In this document: positions 26,478 to 35,160 of the stretch, one piece after another
Numbering within the stretch: position 1 is the first letter of the stretch
Layout: each line of letters begins with the position of its first letter
From: a phage
Strand: one strand, 5' to 3'
Sequence record: PZ049694.1
Length of the DNA: 64,000 nucleotides
Translations under genes and position numbers: made by a program
Notes under the pieces: generated by a model
Told to the model about the DNA's origin: nothing
Databases searched by the model: none
Seen by the model: only the letters and a program-made list of their open reading frames with translations

Positions 26478-26747
26478 CTATCGGAGCAAACAATAAGCCT
26501 GAAACACTTTTTCCATTAAACGTTTGAACTCATGGATATCGATATAAAGCTCAGTAAGACCGGCATTATAAAGAAAATCTAAAAAGTTCTCATGAGTTTC
26601 GTTATAGTCGCCTTCGTTTAATTGAGATACATGAGTTTCCCAAAAACCAACACCTTTAACGAATGGAAAATACGTGACTTTCATGTATTCGTCAACATAA
26701 AATTCGCCCAGCTTTTCTTCAGTTATACTGATTCGAGTTAATTTCAT
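26478..26747 (-). CDS. hypothetical protein (89 aa)
   Basis: Minus-strand ORF, translationally coupled chain. Confidence 0.5.
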   Translation of the reverse strand: MKLTRISITEEKLGEFYVDEYMKVTYFPFVKGVGFWETHVSQLNEGDYNETHENFLDFLYNAGLTELYIDIHEFKRLMEKVFQAYCLLR

Positions 26748-26971
26748 TCTAGTTCCTTTGCTGCTTCAAGAGCATCATCCAACGAATCAAATTGGTCAAC
26801 GAAATCGATATTCAACGCATCGTCAGCCGTAGCATATAGCCACCATTGTTTGAATTCATATTCTAGGATAAATCCAAGCCCTTCAATCTGAGAAAGACCT
26901 AGGCTATTTGTACCAACTTCGTAACCAGCTAGACGCAGGTCATTAATCAAAGATTCTGTTAATACGCTCAT
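26744..26971 (-). CDS. hypothetical protein (75 aa)
   Basis: Minus-strand ORF, 4-nt overlap with neighbour. Confidence 0.5.
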   Translation of the reverse strand: MSVLTESLINDLRLAGYEVGTNSLGLSQIEGLGFILEYEFKQWWLYATADDALNIDFVDQFDSLDDALEAAKELE

Positions 26972-27300
26972 TTTACCGCCTTAACAATTTTCAGGTCAAC
27001 GAATTTTTTCTTACGTTGATTTTTCATACGACGGATAGTCTTTTCAGAGATTTCATGTTTCTGATAAGCTTTAGATTCAACACCAAATGCAGCAACGTCA
27101 AATTCAGAAAGAATATATTGTACTAGAATTTCACGAATAGAATTACGTCCAATTTTCTGGTCGTGTTTTTGCATGATTTCATAAAGACGGAATTCCCACG
27201 CGTCAAGGACTTGAGGAGTAACAATATTGCCGGATTCCAGAAGAGCAACAACTTTATCGAAAGCGAAAGAATTAACTACGTTTTTGATTTTAGTAGACAT
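26968..27300 (-). CDS. hypothetical protein (110 aa)
   Basis: Track start 27369 lies inside the promoter cassette; internal ATG at 27300 has SD GAGGAAA. Confidence 0.5.
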   Translation of the reverse strand: MSTKIKNVVNSFAFDKVVALLESGNIVTPQVLDAWEFRLYEIMQKHDQKIGRNSIREILVQYILSEFDVAAFGVESKAYQKHEISEKTIRRMKNQRKKKFVDLKIVKAVK

Positions 27301-27319
27301 ATTATTTTCCTCGGTTATT

Positions 27320-27368
27320 TTATTATCCAATGAGAGAGCATTATACTCTGCTCTCAAGAGTTTGTGCA
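27320..27368 (-). repeat. 47-bp promoter/stem-loop cassette, copy 1
   Basis: ttattatccaatgagagagcattatactctgctctcaagagtttgt; near-identical to 57498-57543; -10 TATAAT on minus strand inside inverted repeat gagagca...tgctctc. Confidence 0.65.
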
Positions 27369-27608
27369 TTATTCCGTGATAAGATAATGTAAATAGTTTG
27401 CTTGACGAACACTGATATCAACACCCATATCAAAGATACCTTTATAGAACGGGTATTTGTTTTCAGTAGAATCTAGACTAAAAGCCTTTCCACCACAACT
27501 AACGGTAATAGCATCAGTTAAAGTGTCATATACAAACTTAATAGTTGAGCCATTCACTACGACTTCAAGACGTTTTTTCGATGTAATAATGTCTAATTCT
27601 TGTTCCAT
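27369..27608 (-). CDS. hypothetical protein (79 aa)
   Basis: Minus-strand ORF. Confidence 0.5.
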   Translation of the reverse strand: MEQELDIITSKKRLEVVVNGSTIKFVYDTLTDAITVSCGGKAFSLDSTENKYPFYKGIFDMGVDISVRQANYLHYLITE

Positions 27609-27671
27609 GATATTTTCCTCATTTTAAGACGATAGGAAGATAATAACATGTCTTCCTATCGTTGTATATTA

Positions 27672-27884
27672 TTAACCGAACTTTTTAGCGCCTTTCCAGC
27701 CTTCGTACATAGTTGCGCAAGTCAATAGCACAGCATGTTGACATTCTTTGTATTTGTAAATCCAGAACCAACGTAAAAAGTCTTCATCCTCAACACCGTT
27801 GAGTTTCATATTGGCAAAGAATTCGGCACGTTCTTCACGAAGTTGCCATGACACAATATTTTCAGGATTCATTTTGTGTTCCAC
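27672..27884 (-). CDS. hypothetical protein (70 aa)
   Basis: Minus-strand ORF. Confidence 0.45.
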   Translation of the reverse strand: MEHKMNPENIVSWQLREERAEFFANMKLNGVEDEDFLRWFWIYKYKECQHAVLLTCATMYEGWKGAKKFG

Positions 27885-28096
27885 GCCCCATTTTCATCGA
27901 TGAACTTAATCCAGTCATTTACAGACCATTTAGTTGTATCACCCTTTGGATTAGCATTTAAAGTATATAATCCCTGCTTAAAAAGCATTCGTTTGATGTT
28001 CATAATTTCCTCAACTGTAACGATAACATTCGTTAGCTTTACGTTTGGCTTCAGTATGAGAAGTATTATAATCATAATCTTCTTTACTGTAAACAT
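27869..28096 (-). CDS. hypothetical protein (75 aa), hydrophobic N-terminus
   Basis: Overlaps the 28011-28331 ORF; true start uncertain. Confidence 0.4.
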   Translation of the reverse strand: MFTVKKIMIIILLILKPNVKLTNVIVTVEEIMNIKRMLFKQGLYTLNANPKGDTTKWSVNDWIKFIDENGAWNTK

Positions 28097-28331
28097 CTTT
28101 TTTCAACTTACGAACTTCTTTGCGGAGTTGTCGATTCATTTCGTTCTTGACTTCGGAATCAACGCCTTTCATACGTTTCCATTTATCTGAGCGGAAAATG
28201 TTTTCAACCATGTCTTTGTGGCTAACACCGTCAGGAGCTTTACGTTTACCAAAATAGTCATAATCACGAACTTTCAAATCTTTACGACGATACGTTTTAC
28301 CCATAAGTACCTCAGAGGTTGATTGATACAA
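28011..28331 (-). CDS. hypothetical basic protein (106 aa)
   Basis: Lys/Arg-rich minus-strand ORF. Confidence 0.45.
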   Translation of the reverse strand: MYQSTSEVLMGKTYRRKDLKVRDYDYFGKRKAPDGVSHKDMVENIFRSDKWKRMKGVDSEVKNEMNRQLRKEVRKLKKDVYSKEDYDYNTSHTEAKRKANECYRYS

Positions 28332-28560
28332 TACGTTTGATAAAATTCACTTCACTTACTGAAAGGTCTTTAAGACCGATTGATTCTAAACGCTGAGTAA
28401 GAGTCAACATTGGGATATAGTCCCATTGTGTTTTAGACGTTTGATAAGTACGGACGCCATTAGCAATTTCAACATGCAAATCTGAAATGGTAACGAATAC
28501 TAGACGCTCATCATTAACTTTAAGGGTTAGAACAACTTTCTTTGAATCTAAACTAATCAT
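28312..28560 (-). CDS. hypothetical protein (82 aa)
   Basis: Minus-strand ORF. Confidence 0.45.
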   Translation of the reverse strand: MISLDSKKVVLTLKVNDERLVFVTISDLHVEIANGVRTYQTSKTQWDYIPMLTLTQRLESIGLKDLSVSEVNFIKRIVSINL

Positions 28561-28901
28561 GGCTTAATTTCCTTAGCAATTGAACAGAAGATACCACGGT
28601 CACAAAGCATTTCACCAATTTCTGGATATTTGATTGAACGGTACCAAACATCCAGGCTTGAAACTCTGGTTATCTGTACTGCATTACCGTTGACAGAATA
28701 GTACTGGTCGACCTTAATTTCTTTATCTTCAATTGTCATTTTATTTTCCTCTATAGTAGATGGTTTAATCTTAACACATCTATTGAGGATGTAAACTGTT
28801 TTATGAAAATATTTTTTGATTTGAGAGTGGCACAAGGAGATAGTGAAGTGAAGATTCCAATGGATTATATTAGAAATGAGATAAAGAAGACCAGGCGGCA
28901 C
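28557..28901 (-). CDS. hypothetical protein (114 aa)
   Basis: Minus-strand ORF. Confidence 0.45.
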   Translation of the reverse strand: MPPGLLYLISNIIHWNLHFTISLCHSQIKKYFHKTVYILNRCVKIKPSTIEENKMTIEDKEIKVDQYYSVNGNAVQITRVSSLDVWYRSIKYPEIGEMLCDRGIFCSIAKEIKP

Positions 28902-28905
28902 CTGG

Positions 28906-29229
28906 TCAATCTTCTATGATATCGGAGTCATATCCTAATGAAATCAAGGACTTTTTAAACTCTGCAATATTCTTTTGTTTCTTATCATTTAAAAATATGA
29001 CAGGATAACGAATATTAAGTGAAGTGAATCCTGCACGTTTAGCAAGAGATACGATTAAAGGACGGTCATATTCAATCTTACCATTATTAGTGAGGACTTT
29101 ATAAAATGTATAAGGAGCATTGAGCTCCTTTAAAAGTTTTGTAACAGTATAACATCCCGGACAACGTCCTACTTCTTCAGGGATGCCATAAATTTCAATC
29201 TTGTTCTTTAAGTTCGAGTTTTGTTCCAC
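28906..29229 (-). CDS. thioredoxin-fold redoxin (NrdH/glutaredoxin-like)
   Basis: IEIYGIPEEVGRCPGCYTV with CxxC active site; track ORF trimmed to a candidate GTG start with AAGGA SD; start uncertain. Confidence 0.5.
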   Translation of the reverse strand: MEQNSNLKNKIEIYGIPEEVGRCPGCYTVTKLLKELNAPYTFYKVLTNNGKIEYDRPLIVSLAKRAGFTSLNIRYPVIFLNDKKQKNIAEFKKSLISLGYDSDIIED

Positions 29230-29512
29230 GAGAAATAATTCCTTGGTAAGCCCAATAAGGAGGATTAACAGAATCCTCGCCAGAGTTTTCTTCAGGAAAA
29301 TAAACCTGGATAACAAATCCAGATTCATCAAAGGTAAAATAAACTGTAGGCAGTTCACCTAACAATTCGGCACGAGCATTAATTTCTTCGAGATCTCGTT
29401 CACGTCCAGCCCAAAAACTAGGATTTAGATTACATTCGTAAAAATAATAGTCATTACCGAACATATCAAAACCTTTCCAACTCTCTACCACATACCGCTC
29501 AAAACTAATCAT
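29195..29512 (-). CDS. hypothetical protein (105 aa)
   Basis: Minus-strand ORF. Confidence 0.45.
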   Translation of the reverse strand: MISFERYVVESWKGFDMFGNDYYFYECNLNPSFWAGRERDLEEINARAELLGELPTVYFTFDESGFVIQVYFPEENSGEDSVNPPYWAYQGIISRGTKLELKEQD

Positions 29513-29514
29513 AA

Positions 29515-29730
29515 TTAAGCCTTTTTATCAAGAACAGAATTCAGTTTATTAGTAATTTTGTCCAAACGTTCATTGAATTCGCTGGAGGATAAACCCTTTT
29601 CCGGAGAAATTAAACTAATCAAGAAAAATACAACAGTAAAAGGAATAAGAAAAATAGCTCCAACTGCCATAAACAAAAAGAACGTTACAGTTGTAAGAAA
29701 ATCAGCTAAACCTTTACGAAATTTATACAT
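29515..29730 (-). CDS. small membrane protein (71 aa)
   Basis: Hydrophobic core FLTTVTFFLFMAVGAIFLIPFTVVFFLISLI. Confidence 0.45.
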   Translation of the reverse strand: MYKFRKGLADFLTTVTFFLFMAVGAIFLIPFTVVFFLISLISPEKGLSSSEFNERLDKITNKLNSVLDKKA

Positions 29731-29840
29731 ATTTACCCTTAATTAACTAAGCATTGATAAACACCAAACTATACTGCGAATAAAATTCTGGACCAAAACG
29801 AAAAATCATATCATTTATAGTATCCATAATGTAATTCAAT

Positions 29841-30311
29841 TTAATCATGTTTCCACACCCCATCGGTATTTGACCAAAGTCGCTGATTATCTGATCCTCG
29901 CCACAGTTTTTTGGTCGGAAGATTTTTCTCATACTTCCCATCAATAATAACATCAACATATTTAAGCATTTCTAGTTGTTTAATATCTTCAAACTTATAT
30001 CCTGTCCACAACCAAATGCTTTTATTGGGATAAAGATTTTTTACTGTTTGAGCAATGCAATGAACAACATCTCTGTTATCGGGATAGAGAGGGTCTCCTC
30101 CAGTTATAGTTAATCCTTCTATATAATCATTATTCAAACATTCAATTAATTGCTCTAGTGTTTCACCCGTGAATGGAATACCATTTCTAGCGTTCCATGT
30201 TGATTTATTATAACACCCTTCGCATTTATGCAAACAACCTGTAACGAAAAGAACGACCCTGCAACCAGGGCCATTCACAAAATCGCAAGGATAAAATCTA
30301 TCATAATTCAT
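29841..30311 (-). CDS. nrdG: anaerobic ribonucleotide reductase activating protein NrdG (radical SAM)
   Basis: 156 aa; CLHKCEGC radical-SAM cysteine triad; ATGA overlap with nrdD. Confidence 0.9.
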   Translation of the reverse strand: MNYDRFYPCDFVNGPGCRVVLFVTGCLHKCEGCYNKSTWNARNGIPFTGETLEQLIECLNNDYIEGLTITGGDPLYPDNRDVVHCIAQTVKNLYPNKSIWLWTGYKFEDIKQLEMLKYVDVIIDGKYEKNLPTKKLWRGSDNQRLWSNTDGVWKHD

Positions 30312-32125
30312 TGGTGTTTAACCCTATGCATGATTTCTTTATTTTTGCCGAGATTAAATCCACGTTCATTCGGATTTCCAAGATAACCGCATGTTCTTCT
30401 TATTGTGTTCATCTTTTTAGGATCAGTTTCTCCACAAATAGAACAAACAAATCCGTTTTCGGTAGGAGTCATTTCATGGGTACTTCCACACGTAAAACAT
30501 TTATCTACTGGCATATTAACACCAAAATAATCTAAATGTTGCGCAGCATAATCCCAGACGGCCTCAAGACCTTTTAAGTTATTTTTCATATCAGGAAGTT
30601 CAACATAAGAAATGTGTCCACCGGTCGCAATGAAATGATATGGGGCTTCGCGAGAAATCTTTTCAAACGGAGTAATATTTTCTTCTACTGAAACGTGGAA
30701 ACTATTAGTGTACCAGCCTTTATCAGTAACATCTTTTACACTTCCATATTTTTCGGTATCAAGTTTACAGAAGCGATAGCACAGGTTTTCAGCAGGTGTA
30801 GAATACAAACTAAAAGCAAAACCGGTTCTTTCAGTCCACTGCTTAAGACGAGCATTCATTTTAGTTAAAATTTCCTGTCCAATATCACGTCCGACAAGAA
30901 TATTCAATTCGTGAATACCAATGTATCCTAAAGACACTGAACTTCTACCGTTTTTAAATAACTCAATTATATCATCATCAGGTTTAAGACGAACCCCGAA
31001 TGCACCTTCTTGGTAAAGAATAGGAGCAACAGTAGCTTTAACTCCTTTTAAGGAACTAATTCTACACATCAAAGCTTCAAAACACAGATCCATTCGTTCA
31101 TTAAATAGCTCAACAAATTTCTGTTCATTGAATTGTGTTCCAATATAAGAATCTAACGCAATACGAGGAAGATTCAGTGTTACAACACCGAGATTATTAC
31201 GTCCATCAAGAATTTCATTACCGGTCGAATCTTTCCATACGCTCAAGAAACTACGGCAACCCATTGGAGAAACAGGAATAGATGAACCAGTGATAGCTTT
31301 ATTATTCTTAACTGAAATAATATCAGGATACATTCTTTTGCTTGCACATTCTAATGCAAGTTGTTTAATATCATAGTTCGGGTCGTCTTTATAAAGATTG
31401 ACACCCTCTTCAACGAACATAACAAGTTTAGGGAAAATAGGAGTTATCCCATCGCGACCAAGACCTTTAATGCGGTTTTTAAGAATTGCCTTCTGAATAA
31501 TTCGTTCAGTCCAGTCAGTTCCAGTACCAAATGTAATTGTTACAAAAGGCGTTTGTCCGTTTGAACTAAAGAGAGTATTTACTTCGTATTCATACGCTTG
31601 GAATGCATCGTATACGTCTTTTTCTGTTTTAGATTGGGCATAATTCAACGCATCAGCGATTTGCCATTTTTCTGCATCCTCAATATGTTTTGCATAGGTG
31701 CGTTTAACATAAGGAGAAAGTACTTTATCTACATTAGCAAAAGTCGTTCCGCCGTACTGATGTGAAGCAACTTGTGCGGTAATTTGTGCCATAATTGCAG
31801 TAGCAACGCCAATCGATTTAGGCGTTTCAATTTGAGCATTACCTAGCTTAAATCCGTTTTCAAGCATTCCTTTTAAATCTACTAAACAACAATTAGTAAA
31901 TGGAAGAGCAGGGGAATAATCAATATCATGGAAATGGATAATTCCGCTTTCATGTGCTTTCATAATAAAAGACGGGACCATATTTTTGGCAATGTGCTTA
32001 GACACAATACCAGCCATAAGGTCCCGTTGAGTTGGAAAAACACGAGAATCTTTATTAGCATTCTCGTTTAAAAGGTCTTTATTAGTTTTATGAATCAATC
32101 CTTCAATTTCTTTTTCAATTGTCAT
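30308..32125 (-). CDS. nrdD: anaerobic ribonucleoside-triphosphate reductase NrdD
   Basis: 605 aa, continuous (no intron); C-terminal glycyl-radical region RRTCGYLG and Zn-ribbon cysteines. Confidence 0.95.
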   Translation of the reverse strand: MTIEKEIEGLIHKTNKDLLNENANKDSRVFPTQRDLMAGIVSKHIAKNMVPSFIMKAHESGIIHFHDIDYSPALPFTNCCLVDLKGMLENGFKLGNAQIETPKSIGVATAIMAQITAQVASHQYGGTTFANVDKVLSPYVKRTYAKHIEDAEKWQIADALNYAQSKTEKDVYDAFQAYEYEVNTLFSSNGQTPFVTITFGTGTDWTERIIQKAILKNRIKGLGRDGITPIFPKLVMFVEEGVNLYKDDPNYDIKQLALECASKRMYPDIISVKNNKAITGSSIPVSPMGCRSFLSVWKDSTGNEILDGRNNLGVVTLNLPRIALDSYIGTQFNEQKFVELFNERMDLCFEALMCRISSLKGVKATVAPILYQEGAFGVRLKPDDDIIELFKNGRSSVSLGYIGIHELNILVGRDIGQEILTKMNARLKQWTERTGFAFSLYSTPAENLCYRFCKLDTEKYGSVKDVTDKGWYTNSFHVSVEENITPFEKISREAPYHFIATGGHISYVELPDMKNNLKGLEAVWDYAAQHLDYFGVNMPVDKCFTCGSTHEMTPTENGFVCSICGETDPKKMNTIRRTCGYLGNPNERGFNLGKNKEIMHRVKHQ

Positions 32126-32595
32126 TTTAAACTCTTTCTAAGCTGCTTTTTGAATGAAGCTATTAATTGTGTTTTAGTATCAGATTCATTATATTCAAAT
32201 CCTCTTTGAAGCATCTCAGCCATCATTTCCTCTTTACCTAGTCTTGAGAACTCTTTAGTTTTGTCTGGAACAAAATTAGGATGGATATTATTATCAGAAT
32301 AATCTTGTTTCAAATAAGCAAGAAGAGCTTCAAGCCATTCGAGGTAGTCGACATCACGTCCTTTAAGACCGGAACGGTTGAACTTATGCTTCATTTGACC
32401 TTCTGCTGCGTTGCACAGATTACAGAGTAATCCACGAACTCTACCGGCTTTTGGCCCGTTTAATTCATGGTCGTGGTCAAGATGGTTACCTTGAACATCA
32501 GGGTCTAATTCACGGTGGCAAATAGGACACTTACCATTCTGTGCATCATAAAATTTTTGTTTTTCTTCTTTATATTTTGCGCCTGATAATAACAT
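32122..32595 (-). CDS. 49: Holliday-junction resolvase Endonuclease VII (gp49)
   Basis: 157 aa; near-identical to remembered T4 Endo VII (GNHLDHDHELNGPKAGRVRGLLCNLCNAAEGQ). Confidence 0.92.
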   Translation of the reverse strand: MLLSGAKYKEEKQKFYDAQNGKCPICHRELDPDVQGNHLDHDHELNGPKAGRVRGLLCNLCNAAEGQMKHKFNRSGLKGRDVDYLEWLEALLAYLKQDYSDNNIHPNFVPDKTKEFSRLGKEEMMAEMLQRGFEYNESDTKTQLIASFKKQLRKSLK

Positions 32596-32624
32596 GATAA
32601 ACCCTTACCTTAAATAGATAAGGG

Positions 32625-32632
32625 TATTTATA
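32625..32632 (-). promoter_or_regulatory. T4-type late promoter (TATAAATA)
   Basis: Plus strand tatttata 30 nt upstream of the gene 49 start. Confidence 0.55.
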
Positions 32633-32634
32633 AT

Positions 32635-32814
32635 TTAATAAATGTTATAAAAGTCACGATGGAAACGTTTGTATTGGCGAATCATTCTTTTAGTAGGACG
32701 TGTTACCGAAATGATTGAAGTCCTCATGTTCGGATTGTTTGGAGCACCAATTATAACAAATTTCCAAGATTTTTGACCGTTTGTTCTTTCGCCAAAAAAT
32801 AATGCAGTTTTCAT
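32635..32814 (-). CDS. small basic protein (59 aa), RPTKR family
   Basis: C-terminus ISVTRPTKRMIRQYKRFHRDFYNIY; paralog of 33239-33436; below track cutoff. Confidence 0.35.
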   Translation of the reverse strand: MKTALFFGERTNGQKSWKFVIIGAPNNPNMRTSIISVTRPTKRMIRQYKRFHRDFYNIY

Positions 32815-32823
32815 AATAGGCCC

Positions 32824-33237
32824 TTAACTTAAACGTCTTTCTAAATATTCAATGTATTCCGCTGCGGCTTGCATCAGATTACCTTCATAACCGTCATTAT
32901 TTTCTTGGGCGGCTAATTTAGCTAAAGCATAAGAAATACGTTCACCTTCGAATTCGCCAAGTCCACCATCACAAACTACTTGGTCAATTTCTTCGAGTTC
33001 ATCTATTGAATGGGATTCCCAGAAGCACCAAAGAGAAGTATCACGGTCATAGATGCAAAGTTTCTCACCTGTGTTCAACATCACTTCGATAATGCCATGG
33101 TCGCCATAACCATCTTCGGTAGTAGTACCAATTACCTTGATGATCGTATCTTTCTTTAATTCAGGAAACTTATCTTGGAGTTCTTCGTCTTCTTTAACAA
33201 TCTTGAACCATTTACCGCGAGTTTCAGAAATATTCAT
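32824..33237 (-). CDS. hypothetical protein (137 aa)
   Basis: Minus-strand ORF flanked by the two RPTKR-family ORFs. Confidence 0.5.
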   Translation of the reverse strand: MNISETRGKWFKIVKEDEELQDKFPELKKDTIIKVIGTTTEDGYGDHGIIEVMLNTGEKLCIYDRDTSLWCFWESHSIDELEEIDQVVCDGGLGEFEGERISYALAKLAAQENNDGYEGNLMQAAAEYIEYLERRLS

Positions 33238-33238
33238 A

Positions 33239-33436
33239 TCAATATTCTCTATAAAAGTTACGATGAGAACGTTTAGCTTTGCGAAGCTGACGTTTAGTAG
33301 GACGAACTGTAAATGGTTGTCCAGAGAAAAAATTTGGTTCAGTTTTAATCAACACATACCAATCGTGTTCGCCGCTTTTTAATAAACGATATAACAATTT
33401 AACTTGCATAATAATCTCTTCCCATTTCCATATCAA
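33239..33436 (-). CDS. small basic protein (65 aa), RPTKR family
   Basis: C-terminus FTVRPTKRQLRKAKRSHRNFYREY; DNA about 70 percent identical to the 32635-32814 copy with mainly third-position differences. Confidence 0.4.
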   Translation of the reverse strand: MIWKWEEIIMQVKLLYRLLKSGEHDWYVLIKTEPNFFSGQPFTVRPTKRQLRKAKRSHRNFYREY

Positions 33437-33537
33437 TTAATTCATTTATTGAAGGTTCATCATAACACGTTTCTTCGTCATTGTAAACTGTTTCGACGTC
33501 TGGCTCGACTGTCTCCCATCGAGCCGAATACCACGGT

Positions 33538-33846
33538 TTAACGGTCATACCAATAACTACTTACTTCAAAATCGGGTTCGCCATCTTCCCAGAACCATGG
33601 GCCAACCGGATGCCAATCGCCATGCTTATCTTCTTCATATTCTATAGATTCAAGCCCAACGTATTGCCATTGGACTTCATAAGCAGTGCCGCCGATTACA
33701 ACAGTGTTCTCACCATATGGGTTAGCCACGGCAAAGTCAATACCTTCTTCCTTTGCCAGGGCAACCATGTATTCGTATAGTTTATATTCCAGGTCATCTT
33801 TGTTGCCATCGCCTAGATAAATTGTTTGTCCGTCTAATTCACTCAT
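33538..33846 (-). CDS. hypothetical acidic protein (102 aa)
   Basis: Minus-strand ORF. Confidence 0.5.
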   Translation of the reverse strand: MSELDGQTIYLGDGNKDDLEYKLYEYMVALAKEEGIDFAVANPYGENTVVIGGTAYEVQWQYVGLESIEYEEDKHGDWHPVGPWFWEDGEPDFEVSSYWYDR

Positions 33847-34031
33847 AATTCCACCATAAATTCAAATAGCTGGTCACGTACACAAGTATCAGTCCAACCC
33901 CATTCATTGGCTTCTTCTTTTAACCAATCCGGGAGATTTACCAATACGGTTTCTTTACTAGGCGCAGGAGTATAAAACTCACTTGCAAACTCTCTTGCGC
34001 ATGTTTCATAAGCTTTATCAAATTCGGTCAT
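33843..34031 (-). CDS. hypothetical protein (62 aa)
   Basis: Minus-strand ORF, 4-nt overlap. Confidence 0.45.
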   Translation of the reverse strand: MTEFDKAYETCAREFASEFYTPAPSKETVLVNLPDWLKEEANEWGWTDTCVRDQLFEFMVEL

Positions 34032-34185
34032 TTAAAGTTCCAGAATGAAGCACCAACCAGAAATAAAGGCCAACAAATCATAGACGTCAACCACCAACAA
34101 AAGTCACCTGAATCATCTAATTTAGCTAGGGTCTTAGCATAACCAATACCTATGATAAGATACAAAACAACCAACATTAATTCAA

Positions 34186-34449
34186 TCATTTGAAATACGC
34201 TCGCAGTTGGTCAAATCCACCAATATGACTTCCGTCAGGAGCAAACACTTGAGGCATAGTCAATCCGATTTGTGATTCACGTCCAAGCTTAACCAGAAGC
34301 TCAGCAATTTTCTCATCATCAAAAACACCTTTTTCCGGCATAACATTAATGAATTCGAATGGCTGTTTCTTAACGGTCAGCAATCGTTTCGCATTATCGC
34401 AATAAATGCATTTATGAATAGTAGAGTCATAACCATACACTTTAAACAT
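34186..34449 (-). CDS. nrdC: thioredoxin NrdC
   Basis: MFKVYGYDSTIHKCIYCDNAKRLLTVKKQPFEFINVMPEKGVFDDEKIAELL near-identical to remembered T4 NrdC; start moved to internal ATG. Confidence 0.9.
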   Translation of the reverse strand: MFKVYGYDSTIHKCIYCDNAKRLLTVKKQPFEFINVMPEKGVFDDEKIAELLVKLGRESQIGLTMPQVFAPDGSHIGGFDQLRAYFK

Positions 34450-34855
34450 TATTTTTCCTTTCATCGATTAAATATGCAATGCCAAATACAATACATGTAA
34501 TAAAACCTGTGATACAGATAGAAACCAACAACACTGTACCAAAGAACCAAATCAAGTTATCTTTAGTAGTTTGTTTGATATCCATCTCACGAATTTCTAT
34601 AGCTATCGTATCACCTTTATTCAGAAGCGTATAAAACGACGGTGATACATGCCTGTCAAAAACACGGCCTTGTTCATCTTTATAAACTGCAATAAATTCC
34701 AATTTAGAATATTTTCCTGTAGATTGGCCTGAGATTAATTCCACTACCTCCACAGGAATTACTTTAGTTTCCATGTAAGTATTCTGGCTGTTCCAAATGA
34801 ATGGAATGATGGCAAAAACTAAAGCTGCAATAAAGCAACGAAGGCTATATCTCAT
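34442..34855 (-). CDS. membrane protein (137 aa)
   Basis: N-terminal and C-terminal hydrophobic helices. Confidence 0.5.
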   Translation of the reverse strand: MRYSLRCFIAALVFAIIPFIWNSQNTYMETKVIPVEVVELISGQSTGKYSKLEFIAVYKDEQGRVFDRHVSPSFYTLLNKGDTIAIEIREMDIKQTTKDNLIWFFGTVLLVSICITGFITCIVFGIAYLIDERKNNV

Positions 34856-35160
34856 TATAATGTTCTCTCAAATTTGTGGAAGCATTTACGGCATTTCAAT
34901 TTCAAGTTATCAGTGGTCCAGTTAACCAGTTGGACTTGGATAGTTCCACATTCCGGACATGGATGTTTTGCTGCCGATTTGGCAGCATTTTCACGTCGTT
35001 CAACCATTTTCATTATTTCGTTCCATGCCGGAGGAACGAACTCTTCTTCACCGTGGATTTTATCTCGCTGAACAAATTCAATCTTTGAACTATCGTCAAT
35101 AAACTTAACCAAGCCATGATTAGTGCTCATATCAATATCCTCTAAAAGACGTAGTTTCAT
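34855..35160 (-). CDS. zinc-ribbon protein (101 aa)
   Basis: CPECG...CRKC four-cysteine ribbon at the C-terminus. Confidence 0.5.
   Translation of the reverse strand: MKLRLLEDIDMSTNHGLVKFIDDSSKIEFVQRDKIHGEEEFVPPAWNEIMKMVERRENAAKSAAKHPCPECGTIQVQLVNWTTDNLKLKCRKCFHKFERTL

Noticed and set aside
29747-29959. 70-aa minus-strand ORF
   Set aside because: Overlaps the 3-prime end of nrdG in another frame; at most a short remnant below 29841 could be real.
30308-32125. Group I intron or homing endonuclease in nrdD
   Set aside because: nrdD reads as one uninterrupted 605-aa ORF, and no GIY-YIG or HNH ORF was recognised in the window.
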